A stretch of 64,000 nt of DNA from Desulfatiglandales bacterium (lineage in GTDB: Bacteria; Desulfobacterota; DSM-4660; Desulfatiglandales; HGW-15): positions 3,840,001 to 3,904,000 of the forward strand of contig CAXXJJ010000004.1 in the NCBI GenBank assembly GCA_963667015.2, given 5' to 3'. Below are positions 1-9,571 of this stretch, in pieces; positions within the stretch are counted from its first letter, which is position 1, and every line of letters starts with the position of its first letter. The translations under genes were made by a program, and so were the position numbers. The notes beneath the pieces are model-generated. The model was not told the DNA's origin. It ran no database searches and saw only the letters and a program-made list of their open reading frames with translations.

Positions 1-290
1 CGATCCATGGTGTAAAAGTGAAGTCCGGGAACCCCTTTTTCAAGCAATCCCCGACACTGCTCAACGGCAAAGTCAATTCCCAGATCCAGTACAGCATCTT
101 TATCTTCCGGGTCCACTGCATCGAGTTTTTGCTGAAGTGCTTCAGGTATAGACGACCTGCAGACTTTGGACAGCATCTGGGTCATCTTTACCGTATACAC
201 CGGCATAATGCCCGGAATGATCGGAACATTGATCCCCATAGCCCGGCATTTATCGACAAAATTAAAGTAGTAGTCATTGTCGTAGCAATT
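1..290 (-). pseudogene. metF: 5'-truncated methylenetetrahydrofolate reductase fragment (C-terminal part, runs off the window edge)
   Basis: Manual minus-strand translation gives YDNDYYFNFVDKCRAMGINVPIIPGIMPV...EKGVPGLHFYTMDR, typical of the MetF C-terminus. An in-frame stop near 315 means the N-terminal two-thirds is absent. Not in the ORF track. Confidence 0.85.
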
Positions 291-367
291 AGGAGACACA
301 GGTAAAAAGGCAACTTAAACTGGCTGACCTCATGCCTTTTTACTCCTGCTCTTACTCCAACAATTAA

Positions 368-721
368 TCACGATATGGCATTCCTTAAGCTCTGCCTGTA
401 ATAATAACCCTCAACCGTTTTAAAAAATGTTTCCACATTATCAAGGTCAACGTTGGGAGCCAGGTCGCATCCTGAAGAAATTACAAAATTATTAAACATG
501 GCACATTTATTTAAAAGTTTGAGAGTTTCAATCCTTACAAAATCCGAATTACTGGAATTAAAAACCTTGGCAGGACTTATATTCCCCATCACAAGATAAT
601 TCCTTGGCAGATGTTCAAGCATCGGAAGTATATCCACAGAATCCCCCGGGAATGTTAAGATGGGTAATGCTTTTTTTCTTTCTGTATATATAATCTGTTC
701 AATCCAATTGTACATATTCAT
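368..721 (-). pseudogene. Uroporphyrinogen decarboxylase-family (MtaA/CmuA-like) methyltransferase with a large in-frame internal deletion
   Basis: The N-terminus KKALPILTFPG is joined directly to the C-terminal motifs MGNISP and FVISSGCDLAP. It is 117 aa versus roughly 340 aa for the family. Confidence 0.7.
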
Positions 722-794
722 AATGCTGTCTTCCTTTAATATTTTTGATTCTGTTTTGCTGATATCAGCATTTAAAAAATTTGAAATTCAGAAG

Positions 795-810
795 TGCACG
801 GCCCGTGCCA
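795..810 (-). promoter_or_regulatory. Putative sigma54 -24/-12 promoter
   Basis: Minus strand reads TGGCAC-GGGCC-GTGCA, one mismatch to TGGCAC-N5-TTGCW, about 75 bp upstream of the 721 start. Confidence 0.5.
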
Positions 811-1019
811 TGATATGCAGTAAGGATATTTAATACCTGTTCAGGGAGGACATGGTTCACGCTGATTAAAGCCAGATAATTCAATGGGATAACAACGCGA
901 TAAAAAATTGGATCAATCAAAAAAGAAAGATCGGCAACAGGTTTGAAGTCTTGGTGTGTATTGATTTTTTACACTGTGGAAAATTTGGAAAGAATATAAA
1001 TTGAGCCCTCTACTGATTT

Positions 1020-1241
1020 TTAATCAACACCTAATGCCTCTAAATCAGCAAGATCCTTTTTTCTTCCTACTGATTTTTTGTTTTGTATGAGTCGGTCTAA
1101 TCCAATATAGCTTACAGGTATATCTCCAGTATATCTTGGCGCTCCATGAAATGCCAGGGCATAGCCTCCAACTATCAAATATTCAACTTTATGTGCGTTC
1201 AGTAACTCTAGCAACTCTTTGAAGTCTGTCTGAATTTCCAT
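1020..1241 (-). pseudogene. Minimal nucleotidyltransferase (DUF6036/AbiEii-like) with an internal deletion
   Basis: YLIVGGYALAFHGAPRYTGDI is joined directly to the C-terminal PVSYIG..LIQNKK..GRKKDLADLEAL. It is 73 aa versus about 150 aa expected. Confidence 0.7.
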
Positions 1242-1371
1242 GTAACTGCCTTCTTAAGTATTCAACTGCAAGTATTCTTTCGTTTGGATCTTTACTAAGC
1301 CAGTATTTAAGATCCTCACGGATGGAATCATCTTTATTCATGTCTGCTATTTTTACTACTTTGGCTATCAT
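1189..1371 (-). CDS. Small putative antitoxin-like partner of the nucleotidyltransferase
   Basis: About 60 aa with a DLKYWLSK.P.ERI.AVEYLR motif. It overlaps the NTase start, as is usual for this gene pair. Confidence 0.55.
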   Translation of the reverse strand: MIAKVVKIADMNKDDSIREDLKYWLSKDPNERILAVEYLRRQLHGNSDRLQRVARVTERT

Positions 1372-1480
1372 ATAAATTGACCTGTTTTTATTTAACATCA
1401 GTTTGTTTTCGCAACATTATAAAACAAGTTATTAATAAAGTTAAGTCTATTTTAAATCCGTTTCTATTTGTACCCCTTGA

Positions 1481-1603
1481 TTACTCCTTTTCCAGTCGAA
1501 CAGCACAGGCCTTGAATTCCGCGGTTTTGGAAACCGGATCAAATGCCGGATTGGTTATCCAGTTAGCGCACCCTTCCCTGAAATGAAAATCCATCCAGAC
1601 CAG
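1481..1603 (-). pseudogene. C-terminal remnant of a formate dehydrogenase alpha-type molybdopterin oxidoreductase
   Basis: Manual translation LVWMDFHFREGCANWITNPAFDPVSKTAEFKACAVRLEKE* matches the end of a molybdopterin dinucleotide-binding domain. No upstream body is present. Confidence 0.8.
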
Positions 1604-1643
1604 TGCGGAGACAGTGACTGGGAGACTGGGATGCCTTTACTTA

Positions 1644-1697
1644 TTTACCCTGTTAAATGCTGTTTCGCAGCCAGCTTTGCGGATTTAACAGGATAAA
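1644..1697. repeat. Palindromic intergenic element, ACCCTGTTAAAT family, copy 1
   Basis: TTTACCCTGTTAAAT...ATTTAACAGGATAAA inverted arms. A related copy lies at 3640-3671. Confidence 0.6.
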
Positions 1698-1744
1698 CTT
1701 GCCATTCCTATTCTAACATCATTTAAAAAAATTCAATAAAATTT

Positions 1745-2185
1745 TTAGGCGGCAATTTTCTGTTTCCATCCATATACCGGCCCCAGTGTTCTGATTATTT
1801 CAGTAAATTTTTTGCATGTTTCAGCAAACTGAGGTCCCATGGAAGCAGAGTTATAATAGATATTGACCCTTTCAGGCTCTATTCCTATTTCTTTGAATAA
1901 TGTCTTTGCATATTTAATAAGGGTTGTGGCCTTTTCATTCCCTGACACATAATGACAGTCACCTATCAGGCAGCCTGATAGGAATACTCCGTCCGCGCCA
2001 TTCTCTATAGCCTGCAGCAGGTTGATAAGGGCGATTCTTCCGGTGCATGGAATTTTTATTATTTTAACATTGGCCGGATATCCCAGCCTCAGTGATCCTG
2101 CCAGATCTGCAGCCGCATATGAGCACCACTGGCAGCAGAAGGCTATTATATTCGGCTCAAAATCGTTAATATTTTTCCCGTTCAA
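1745..2185 (-). CDS. mvhD: Hydrogenase iron-sulfur subunit delta (MvhD/FlpD family)
   Basis: FCCQWCSYAAADLAG, IPCTGR and GCLIGDCHY motifs. Likely TTG start at 2185 after an AAGGA RBS. Confidence 0.9.
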   Translation of the reverse strand: MNGKNINDFEPNIIAFCCQWCSYAAADLAGSLRLGYPANVKIIKIPCTGRIALINLLQAIENGADGVFLSGCLIGDCHYVSGNEKATTLIKYAKTLFKEIGIEPERVNIYYNSASMGPQFAETCKKFTEIIRTLGPVYGWKQKIAA

Positions 2186-2208
2186 CTTATAAATCCTTTG
2201 TATTAAAA

Positions 2209-3492
2209 TTAAAGCCCAAACTCTGCAAGATCCGGCCCCAGGTATGTACGCTCGTTTTCTCCGAGCATTCCCATTGCAAGGCATATTATTGTCCATAGAT
2301 GAACAACATGATAGTCTCCACCAAAATGCTCTCCAATATCATGTATCTGGGCGTGGCAGTTATGGCATGGTACTGCCACATAATTTGCCCCTGTCGCAAT
2401 TATCTGATCAAATTTTATTTTTCCATAGGACTGTCTCTCATCCCTGAAACCGGCCTGAAGTGAGCCTCCTCCACCACCGCAGCAGAAGTTGTTCGACCTG
2501 TTGGGAGTAATGTCCACGAAATTTTCTTCGCCCACAACGGACTTTACTACAAACCGAAGGTCCTCGGCCATTGGATCTCCTATGGACTTCCTTACAATAT
2601 TACATGGGTCCTGGACCGTAAACTTGATCTTGAGGTCTTTGTTCCACTCGGAGTTGACTTTGAGTTTCCCCTCCCTGATCCATTTTGCATAAAGCTGCAC
2701 AACGCTTATGAATTCAAAATTGTGAGGGATATTGAATTTTTTAAGTGCTGCCCATACAGCATAAAATGAGTGCCCGCATTCGGTATTTACAAAATATTTG
2801 CAGCCCAGTTTATCTATATGCTCTGCCTGTGCCCGGACTATATACTCCCAGCTTTCATCATCGGCCAGGAACATGCAGTAGTTTTCTCCGGCCCACATAT
2901 CGGAATAGTATGTCCAGTCTGCCCCTGCTTTATGAAGTATCTTCCACAAAGGAAGGAGTTCATCAGGTTCGGTAACAGGCTCCCTGGAATTCTGGTTAAA
3001 GCAGTACATGGCCCCTTCCCTGTCTATTGAGGCCTGAAAATCCTCAAATCCTTCCTGCTCACGAAGTTCTTCGGCCAGGTCTTCAATTACAAATTTATAA
3101 TCATCAAGAGGAACACCCATTGCACCTCCCCTGGACTTTACATGATGATCACAGGAGCCGAGTATTCCCTTTGGTCTTTCCTCCCTGGGCCACTGGGACC
3201 GGAGATAATAGATGATATTTGGAATATCGATATCCATGGGGCATGCATGCTGGCACCGTTTGCACATTGTACATACCCATAACCATGGATTGCGCTCAAC
3301 CTCTTCATCCAGACCAAAAGCAATCATTCTGAGCAGTTTTCTCGGGTCCATGTCCATCTGGCCTGTAGCCGGACAACCCCCTGAACATGTACCGCAGGTC
3401 AGGCAGAGATTGAGATTTGCTCCATTAAGCAAATGATTGATTTCTTTTCGGATATTTCCTTTTGCTTTTGTTAAATCTATAGCTTCGCTCAT
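2209..3492 (-). CDS. Heterodisulfide reductase-related Fe-S protein (HdrD-like: 4Fe-4S dicluster plus CCG domains)
   Basis: CLTCGTCSGGCP, CTMCKRCQHACP, ECGH, QDPCN, FCCGGGGG and PCHNC motifs. Confidence 0.85.
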   Translation of the reverse strand: MSEAIDLTKAKGNIRKEINHLLNGANLNLCLTCGTCSGGCPATGQMDMDPRKLLRMIAFGLDEEVERNPWLWVCTMCKRCQHACPMDIDIPNIIYYLRSQWPREERPKGILGSCDHHVKSRGGAMGVPLDDYKFVIEDLAEELREQEGFEDFQASIDREGAMYCFNQNSREPVTEPDELLPLWKILHKAGADWTYYSDMWAGENYCMFLADDESWEYIVRAQAEHIDKLGCKYFVNTECGHSFYAVWAALKKFNIPHNFEFISVVQLYAKWIREGKLKVNSEWNKDLKIKFTVQDPCNIVRKSIGDPMAEDLRFVVKSVVGEENFVDITPNRSNNFCCGGGGGSLQAGFRDERQSYGKIKFDQIIATGANYVAVPCHNCHAQIHDIGEHFGGDYHVVHLWTIICLAMGMLGENERTYLGPDLAEFGL

Positions 3493-3639
3493 ACTTTAAT
3501 CTCCATTTTGATAAGGGATATGTAATTTTTCTGCTCAAACTGCACTCCTGGATCAGGGTCAGTCTGCCACAGTAAAAATTAACCTCGGGATAGTCGAAAA
3601 TTGACAACAGGCTGGTAACAAGTAATCAACTGCATGGGG

Positions 3640-3671
3640 ATACCCTGTTAAATAGAAAAATAACAGGGTAT
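3640..3671. repeat. Palindromic intergenic element, ACCCTGTTAAAT family, copy 2
   Basis: ATACCCTGTTA-N10-TAACAGGGTAT perfect inverted repeat. Confidence 0.6.
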
Positions 3672-4020
3672 TAGTATCAGTTTTCGACCATGACCAAATG
3701 ACGACCAGTCCAGGTGTCATATGATGCAACAATTCATGTAAAGCCGAAAACCTTTTTCATTTGGATGCGCCTTCTTCCGGTTAAGTGGATAGAGTATAAA
3801 GATTAAGCAATACACATTTATAAGTCAAACAGGAAAACCCGATATAGAAAACATTTCATTAAACATATTCCGATTTCAGAAAATTCTATATTCTTCTTCC
3901 TGAAAACAAGAAGGGGGGCTGCAGTATCGGTGAAACGCCCTGCTATATTGAGCCTGCAGGGAAAAATCCCAGCGCCAATAATTGGCCTTAATCAAACCCT
4001 GCAGGCGGCTTCTATTTTGA

Positions 4021-4296
4021 TTACCTCCACACCGGTGCATCGGGGATGATTTTCATCAGACAGATATCGTCCCCCATCTTGACACTCTTTAAAAGTGCAA
4101 CTTCGACATTGCATTGGAAGGCTCTTTCAAAAAGGACTTTACTGTATCCCGCGGAGCACTGACACCATGTGTCGTTGTCCTCGGATGCTGCCTCCCCGTT
4201 CTCCCCGTATACAATTGCCTCTGCTATTTCAGCATTACTTACCGCGGCAATACTATATGAAATTATCTGTTCCTGAATTTTTCTTATATTAAACAT
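4021..4296 (-). pseudogene. DUF6144-like (V4R-type, Cys-containing) protein, probably internally deleted
   Basis: The C-terminal TWCQCSAGYSKVLFE..VEVALLKSVKMGDDIC motif follows directly after a 41-aa N-terminus. The central Cys-containing segment recalled for this family is absent. Confidence 0.5.
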
Positions 4297-4642
4297 GCTG
4301 TTACCTCAATCTTTCATCTTAAATTTTTAAAGCTGCATTTTGCACGCATGATGGCCTTTGTTTCCATACAAATACACAAATGGCCTGGTTACATGCTCAT
4401 TATACACACGTCTCCCGAAGCCGGCATTTACACTCCTATGCCAGCGGACGACCATGCTTGACGCGATAGTCCTTATCAATACATTTCGTTAAAAATTACC
4501 AAACTGTTAGATATTTTGACCCCGAAATAGGTTATGCCCATTATTTGATCAATCTATATCGATTTTTCCTGTTTGACCGGCTAACTTCATTCATGCAACA
4601 TAACGATATGTTATTAACAATATAATTAAGGAGATTAATACC

Positions 4643-5920
4643 ATGAGTGAAGACTACAGATCCATGTGGACAGATTTAGGGCTTGATCTTGAAGCACATG
4701 ACGCACTGCTGGCTGTCCTTGGACAGGCATATAAGGATATTTACCTCTCCCAGGAAGACCGGCCCGAGGAGATGAGTTATTTTGATTTCGTTATAAGCAA
4801 TGTACACAGTCTCCGGATAAAAGAACTGCTTGATGAAAAAAAGGAAGGACGTAAAATTATCGGCTCCTACTGTGTGTTTGTTCCCGAAGAGATCGTACTT
4901 GCTGCAAACGCCACACTTATCGGACTCTGCTCGGGCGCTGACTTTGCCATGGAGGAGGTAGAAAAATATCTGCCCAGGAACACATGCGCACTTATCAAAT
5001 CCTCTTTCGGTTTCAAGCTTGGGAAGGTATGTCCTTACCTGGAAAGCGCAGACATGATAGTTGGTGAAAATACATGTGACGGCAAGAAAAAGGCCTATGA
5101 AACCCTGGGAGGCCTTGTCAACAACCTCTATGTAATGGATATTCCACAGGTAAAATCGGTTCAGGGCAGAGAGCTGCTTAAACAGGAATATGCCCGTTTT
5201 AAAGAGAGTGTGGAGAACCTTACCGGCAGAAAAATAACAATAGAATCCCTGAAAGAGGCAATAAAAACAGTAAATGCAAAGCGTGCGGCAATGCACAGGC
5301 TGTCATCACTGAGAAAATATGATCCGGCCCCCATATCCGGACTGGATGCACTGCTTGCAAACCAGGTATTTTTTTATGATAACCCCGGTCGATTTACTGC
5401 ATCTGTGAACAGGATATGCGACGAACTTGAAAAACGTATTGAGGACAAAAAGGGTGTGTTTCCTGAAAAGACTCCCAGGATTTTAATTTCCGGATGCCCC
5501 CAGGCAGTGCCCAACTGGAAACTTCCCTATCTTATTGAAACATCAGGGGCCGTCATCGTTGGCGAGGAATCATGTGTAGGAGAAAGAGGAGTAAGAAACC
5601 TTACAGATGACTCAGGACAAACAATAGATGAAATGATGGAAGCGATTGTAGACAGGTACTTCAAGGTTGACTGCGCTATCTTTACCCCCAACCAGGAAAG
5701 ATGCGACCATGTGAAAGAGATGTTCAACGAATATAACGCAGATGGCGTTATCCATTACGGGCTTCAGTTCTGCCAGCCCTATATCATGGAATCCATCCCT
5801 GTAGAAAAGGCCCTTGAAGACAGTGAGATTCCGACACTCCGAATAGAAACGGATTATAACATGGAAGATGCAGGTCAGCTGAAGACAAGGATCGAGGCAT
5901 TTATTGAGCAATTGAAGTAG
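4643..5920 (+). CDS. Double-cubane-cluster protein (2-hydroxyacyl-CoA dehydratase/HgdAB family)
   Basis: GSYCVFVPEE, GLCSG, PRNTCALIKS, CPY, ENTCDGKKK, EESC, DCAIFTPN and QFCQPY motifs. Followed by an activator ATPase gene. Confidence 0.85.
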   Translation: MSEDYRSMWTDLGLDLEAHDALLAVLGQAYKDIYLSQEDRPEEMSYFDFVISNVHSLRIKELLDEKKEGRKIIGSYCVFVPEEIVLAANATLIGLCSGADFAMEEVEKYLPRNTCALIKSSFGFKLGKVCPYLESADMIVGENTCDGKKKAYETLGGLVNNLYVMDIPQVKSVQGRELLKQEYARFKESVENLTGRKITIESLKEAIKTVNAKRAAMHRLSSLRKYDPAPISGLDALLANQVFFYDNPGRFTASVNRICDELEKRIEDKKGVFPEKTPRILISGCPQAVPNWKLPYLIETSGAVIVGEESCVGERGVRNLTDDSGQTIDEMMEAIVDRYFKVDCAIFTPNQERCDHVKEMFNEYNADGVIHYGLQFCQPYIMESIPVEKALEDSEIPTLRIETDYNMEDAGQLKTRIEAFIEQLK

Positions 5921-5942
5921 CTTAAAAAAGCAAAAACTAATA

Positions 5943-6065
5943 TCTCGCCCGCTTCGCTAGAGTCCGCAGAGATCGCAGAGAAAAGCAAAAATATTTTTTT
6001 ATTTTTTCTTTAAAACATAAATCGTTTTTCTCTGTGTCCTCTGTGAGCGCAGCGAATGGGCGAGA
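5943..6065. repeat. ~125 bp hairpin element (CGCAGAG/CTCTG arms), copy 1
   Basis: TCTCGCCC...GGGCGAGA termini, GCAGAG/CTCTG arms and an AT-rich loop. A related copy lies at 28802-28925. Confidence 0.7.
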
Positions 6066-6086
6066 GAAAATTTTATAAGGATTACA

Positions 6087-6839
6087 ATGAATTTTGCAGG
6101 AATAGATATAGGCTCACGCACAATTGAGCTGGTTGTAATAAATGAGGCAGGGAAGATAATACAAAGCCTTCAGGCAGATACCGGATTTGACCCAGCCATG
6201 ACAGCAAAAGAACTTTTAGTTCAGGCTCCGCATGACCATATCATGGCAACAGGTTATGGCCGAAATCTTTTTGAAATCAACTTTGATGCCCCTACTGTAA
6301 CAGAAATAAAGGCCCATGCCACAGGTGCAAGGGCCTTTTTTCCTGACATCCGCACGGTTATCGATATCGGCGGACAGGACAGCAAGGCAATATCTTTATT
6401 TGAAAACGGCAGGGTAAAAAAATTTGAAATGAATGACAGGTGTGCTGCGGGCACCGGCAAGTTTCTTGAAATCATGGCAAAGACACTTGGTTTTGATATT
6501 GATGAGTTTGGGGATGAAGCACTCAAGGCTGAAGAGAATGTAAGTATATCCAGCATGTGCACTGTATTTGCCGAATCCGAAGTAACATCACTTATAGCAA
6601 AGGGACAAAACAGAAGAAACATAGCAAAAGGGCTCCATGCAAGTGTAGTTAACAGGGCCTTCGGAATGATAAACCGCATTTCATCGGAGGGTGATATCGT
6701 GTTTACCGGCGGTGTTGCCAAAAATCCCTGCATGAGAGAACTGCTTTCAAAAAAACTGGGCAGAAAGGTAGTTGTGCCTGATGACCCACAGCTTGTAGGA
6801 GCCTATGGCGCAGCATTAATTGTAATGAATTCCGATTAA
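6087..6839 (+). CDS. Acyl-CoA dehydratase activase / DCCP reductase (BadF/BadG/BcrA/BcrD ASKHA ATPase)
   Basis: GIDIGS, ATGYGR, IDIGGQDSK, MNDRCAAGTG, SMCTVFAESE and FTGGVA motifs. Confidence 0.92.
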   Translation: MNFAGIDIGSRTIELVVINEAGKIIQSLQADTGFDPAMTAKELLVQAPHDHIMATGYGRNLFEINFDAPTVTEIKAHATGARAFFPDIRTVIDIGGQDSKAISLFENGRVKKFEMNDRCAAGTGKFLEIMAKTLGFDIDEFGDEALKAEENVSISSMCTVFAESEVTSLIAKGQNRRNIAKGLHASVVNRAFGMINRISSEGDIVFTGGVAKNPCMRELLSKKLGRKVVVPDDPQLVGAYGAALIVMNSD

Positions 6840-6861
6840 AACCATTGTAGATACCGCATAA

Positions 6862-7098
6862 AAAATCTTTAATGAAAGCAGCGAGGTTGTTAATGATTTT
6901 GTCAGCTTAATATCCCTTGCCCCGGATCACGTTCATGTACTGGTAGCGTCGAATGGAGAATTATCGGTTGATGAGCTGATAAACAGGATAAAAGAATTTA
7001 CAGGCAGGGGATTGTTAAGTGAATGCCCCAAATTAAAAAAATCATTTGAAAATGATTCAATCTGGGATGATGCCTATTTTGTAGAGACAATGGATTAA
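6862..7098 (+). pseudogene. 5'-truncated IS200/IS605-type HUH (Y1) transposase-like fragment
   Basis: Manual translation SLAPDHVHVLV...IWDDAYFVETMD* shows the HUH motif and the W..Y helix. An upstream in-frame stop lies at 6859-6861 and there is no start codon. Confidence 0.7.
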
Positions 7099-7164
7099 TA
7101 TAATTCTGATGTTTCGCAAATACATGAAGATTTGTGAATCATTGATTCTGCCTTCTCACCTTTC

Positions 7165-7194
7165 GTCATTACCCGGCTCGACCGGGTAATCCAG
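7165..7194. repeat. REP-like palindrome
   Basis: GTC-ATTACCCGG-CTCGA-CCGGGTAAT-CCAG followed by a T run, so it may also act as a terminator. Confidence 0.55.
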
Positions 7195-7327
7195 TTTTTT
7201 GATAACAGAATAAAGTTGAACAATACTTCAAGATTCCATCTCATATAAAGCAATTGCCCGGCTACCATTTTTCTGTTACAACAAATCCTCAAATAATAAA
7301 TAACTCACCGATATTTTAGAAAAATTT

Positions 7328-8074
7328 ATGAATAAACAAGAATTAAAACAACTCGAAGATGATCTATGGCGCAGTGCTGATACATTACGCGCCAACTCAG
7401 ACCTCAAAGCCAGTGAATACTCCACCCCGGTCCTTGGGCTTATATTTCTTAAATTTGCAGACAACCGATACCGTCAGAGTGAAAAAGAGATAATGGCGGA
7501 ATATGCCAAGCTAAAAGGTACACGAAGAGAAAAACCCCTTTCAGAAATAGCCATAGAAAAATGCGGTTTTTATCTGCCTGATCATGCAAGGTATACTTAT
7601 CTGCTTAATCTACCGGAAAAAGAAGAGATCGACAAGGCTATAAAAAAAGCCATGGAGGCAATAGAGGAATATAAATCCGAACTCCAGGGAGTGCTTCCGC
7701 AGGATGAATATTTCAGGCTAACACGCACTGATAAAAGCATACCAAAGCAGCTTTTAAAAAACTTCTCCAATATTCCTGAAGATGCAAGCGGTGATATGTT
7801 CGGCCAGATTTATGAATATTTCCTGAGCAAGTTTGCCATGGCAGAAGGACAGGGAGGAGGAGAATTCTTCACTCCAAGATCGGTTGTTCGTCTCATGGTA
7901 GAAATTATCGAACCCCATTCCCGAACAAAAATAATTGTGCGTTCCACAGTTGAAAAGGTACAGGATGAAAACCTGCCAAAAAGTTATGACCGGATTCTGT
8001 TCAAGAAGAAGTGTGAAAATGTCTATGACCTGATTTTTGATTATGCCAGCAGAGGTGTTAAATGGGCGGCATAA
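7328..8074 (+). pseudogene. hsdM: Type I R-M remnant: HsdM N-terminal domain fused in frame to an HsdR-like C-terminal tail
   Basis: LWRSADTLRANS, LGLIFLKF and GEFFTPRSVV are present, but there is no DPACG or NPPF motif. After IIEPH the sequence switches to VRSTVEKV.DENLPKSYDRILFKKKCENVYDL..., which resembles HsdR C-termini. Confidence 0.75.
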
Positions 8075-8487
8075 ATACTGACTGGTGGTAGCCTGATGTA
8101 TAAATGGGGACGCTTCTTTTTCGAACTTATAAGGAATTCTTACAAGTTCGAAAGGAGAGCAGTCGGGACGTTAAGCGCCATTTGAAATATGGGGGGCGCA
8201 GGTAAAAATGTAAAACTTGTCGATTTCGACCTGATTAAGTCTCTCGAATTCGAGTGGTTTAGAAATGGAGGGACACGCTGGGAACGGGTATTATTTTCGC
8301 CTGGCTCCCACAGTCGCTGTTGGAACCTATTTTTAAACGCTCAGTGTTGAATTTTGATAAAGGTAAAAATGTCAATTCGTTGAAAGCCTGTTACCAAACA
8401 TTTCGGTATCTGGGCTACCCAACGACTGAAAGAATATATTAAAAGTTTTGCACTGAATGACAGCTGCTTTAAAAGCGGTAATTCAAT

Positions 8488-8838
8488 TTATAGCAAATCA
8501 AATCCTTCAATAATTTTATTTTTATGTTTTAAGGGAATAATTATCCAGAGAAAATAGTCTATGGGATTTTCCATAGAACGAAAACCTACTTCAAGATAAG
8601 GTTTTTCTCCCTTAAACAGCATCTGCTGACGTTGTATGACAACCATTTTTGCACTTTTAACAAAATGATTCATGGCTTCTTCGAAGGAAATATTTTCTAT
8701 ACGTTGCCTTGCAAAACTTTCCCGACAGTCCAGTTTATCAAACCACCATTTTTCGCATATGGCGTATGCTTTCCGCAGAAGGTTCTCCTGCTCTGCGTCT
8801 ATCAATTTGTCTGTGTCATAAAAGATATCCCGTTCCAC
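8488..8838 (-). CDS. Hypothetical protein
   Basis: 116-aa ORF with protein-like composition. No family recognised. Confidence 0.55.
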   Translation of the reverse strand: MERDIFYDTDKLIDAEQENLLRKAYAICEKWWFDKLDCRESFARQRIENISFEEAMNHFVKSAKMVVIQRQQMLFKGEKPYLEVGFRSMENPIDYFLWIIIPLKHKNKIIEGFDLL

Positions 8839-9010
8839 AATATCTCTTTCTATAGTTTCGGCGGCAATAAATTATTCCGCGGGTTTTTCTGATATGGTAT
8901 TCAATTTAACCGGTGGCCTTGACCAGTAAAATTGCAAGCTACAATATTTAGAAAGAATGTGACTGAAATTTGAACATGAGGGAAACCCAATCTGAAAACC
9001 TTAATTTCTA

Positions 9011-9571
9011 TCATAATGGTGCAGGCTCATTGAAGAGCCGTTCATAATCCTTTTTATAGCTTTTAGGGGTATCGTTTAAATATACCCAGTATGAAGCAAT
9101 CTCTTTGACTTTCCTTTTACTAATATGGCCGGCTTTATACATTAAGTGCAATAGTTCGAGAGATTTAAAAACAACTATATCATACTCTTTTGCCAGCGCT
9201 ATCATATCAGAATCATCAGTAACAATCGGAATTCCCAGGACATTGGCATATGAAAGAGCGGTTATATCAACTTTTGACACTCCCAATTCTTCTTCTCTTG
9301 CAGTGTCTCTCATAAAGTAAAAAGCATTATTAATGACGCTTTTTTGTTCCTGAGTCAGGGAGAAACATCTTTTTCTATTTTCAGCGTATTCAGGGTCATC
9401 AACCCAATAAAATTTATTCTGAAGTGTTGGACTTTTCTTATATTCTTTTTGAAGTTCCTGAATAACCCCCAGTTTATATTTTTCTTCACCGAACTCAACA
9501 TTTAGTAAGGGATGGATGCTATGAGCAAGGCGGAAATATGAACATGAATCTACGAGGATATTGCAGGCCAT
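9011..9571 (-). CDS. PIN-domain protein (putative toxin/RNase)
   Basis: N-terminal ILVDSCS, VIQEL and later VSKVD...IVTDD give the acidic PIN pattern. Overlaps the upstream gene. Confidence 0.7.
   Translation of the reverse strand: MACNILVDSCSYFRLAHSIHPLLNVEFGEEKYKLGVIQELQKEYKKSPTLQNKFYWVDDPEYAENRKRCFSLTQEQKSVINNAFYFMRDTAREEELGVSKVDITALSYANVLGIPIVTDDSDMIALAKEYDIVVFKSLELLHLMYKAGHISKRKVKEIASYWVYLNDTPKSYKKDYERLFNEPAPL

Noticed and set aside
18..305. 95-aa plus-strand ORF
   Set aside because: It is the antisense shadow of the metF fragment on the minus strand.
1377..1586. 69-aa plus-strand ORF
   Set aside because: It is antisense to the Fdh C-terminal remnant.
2186..2296. N-terminal extension of MvhD in the ORF track
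   Set aside because: It overlaps the upstream gene. The TTG at 2185 with an RBS fits the family length better.
1745..3492. Possible selenocysteine recoding in MvhD/Hdr-like genes
   Set aside because: All motif positions are ordinary Cys codons and there is no in-frame TGA.
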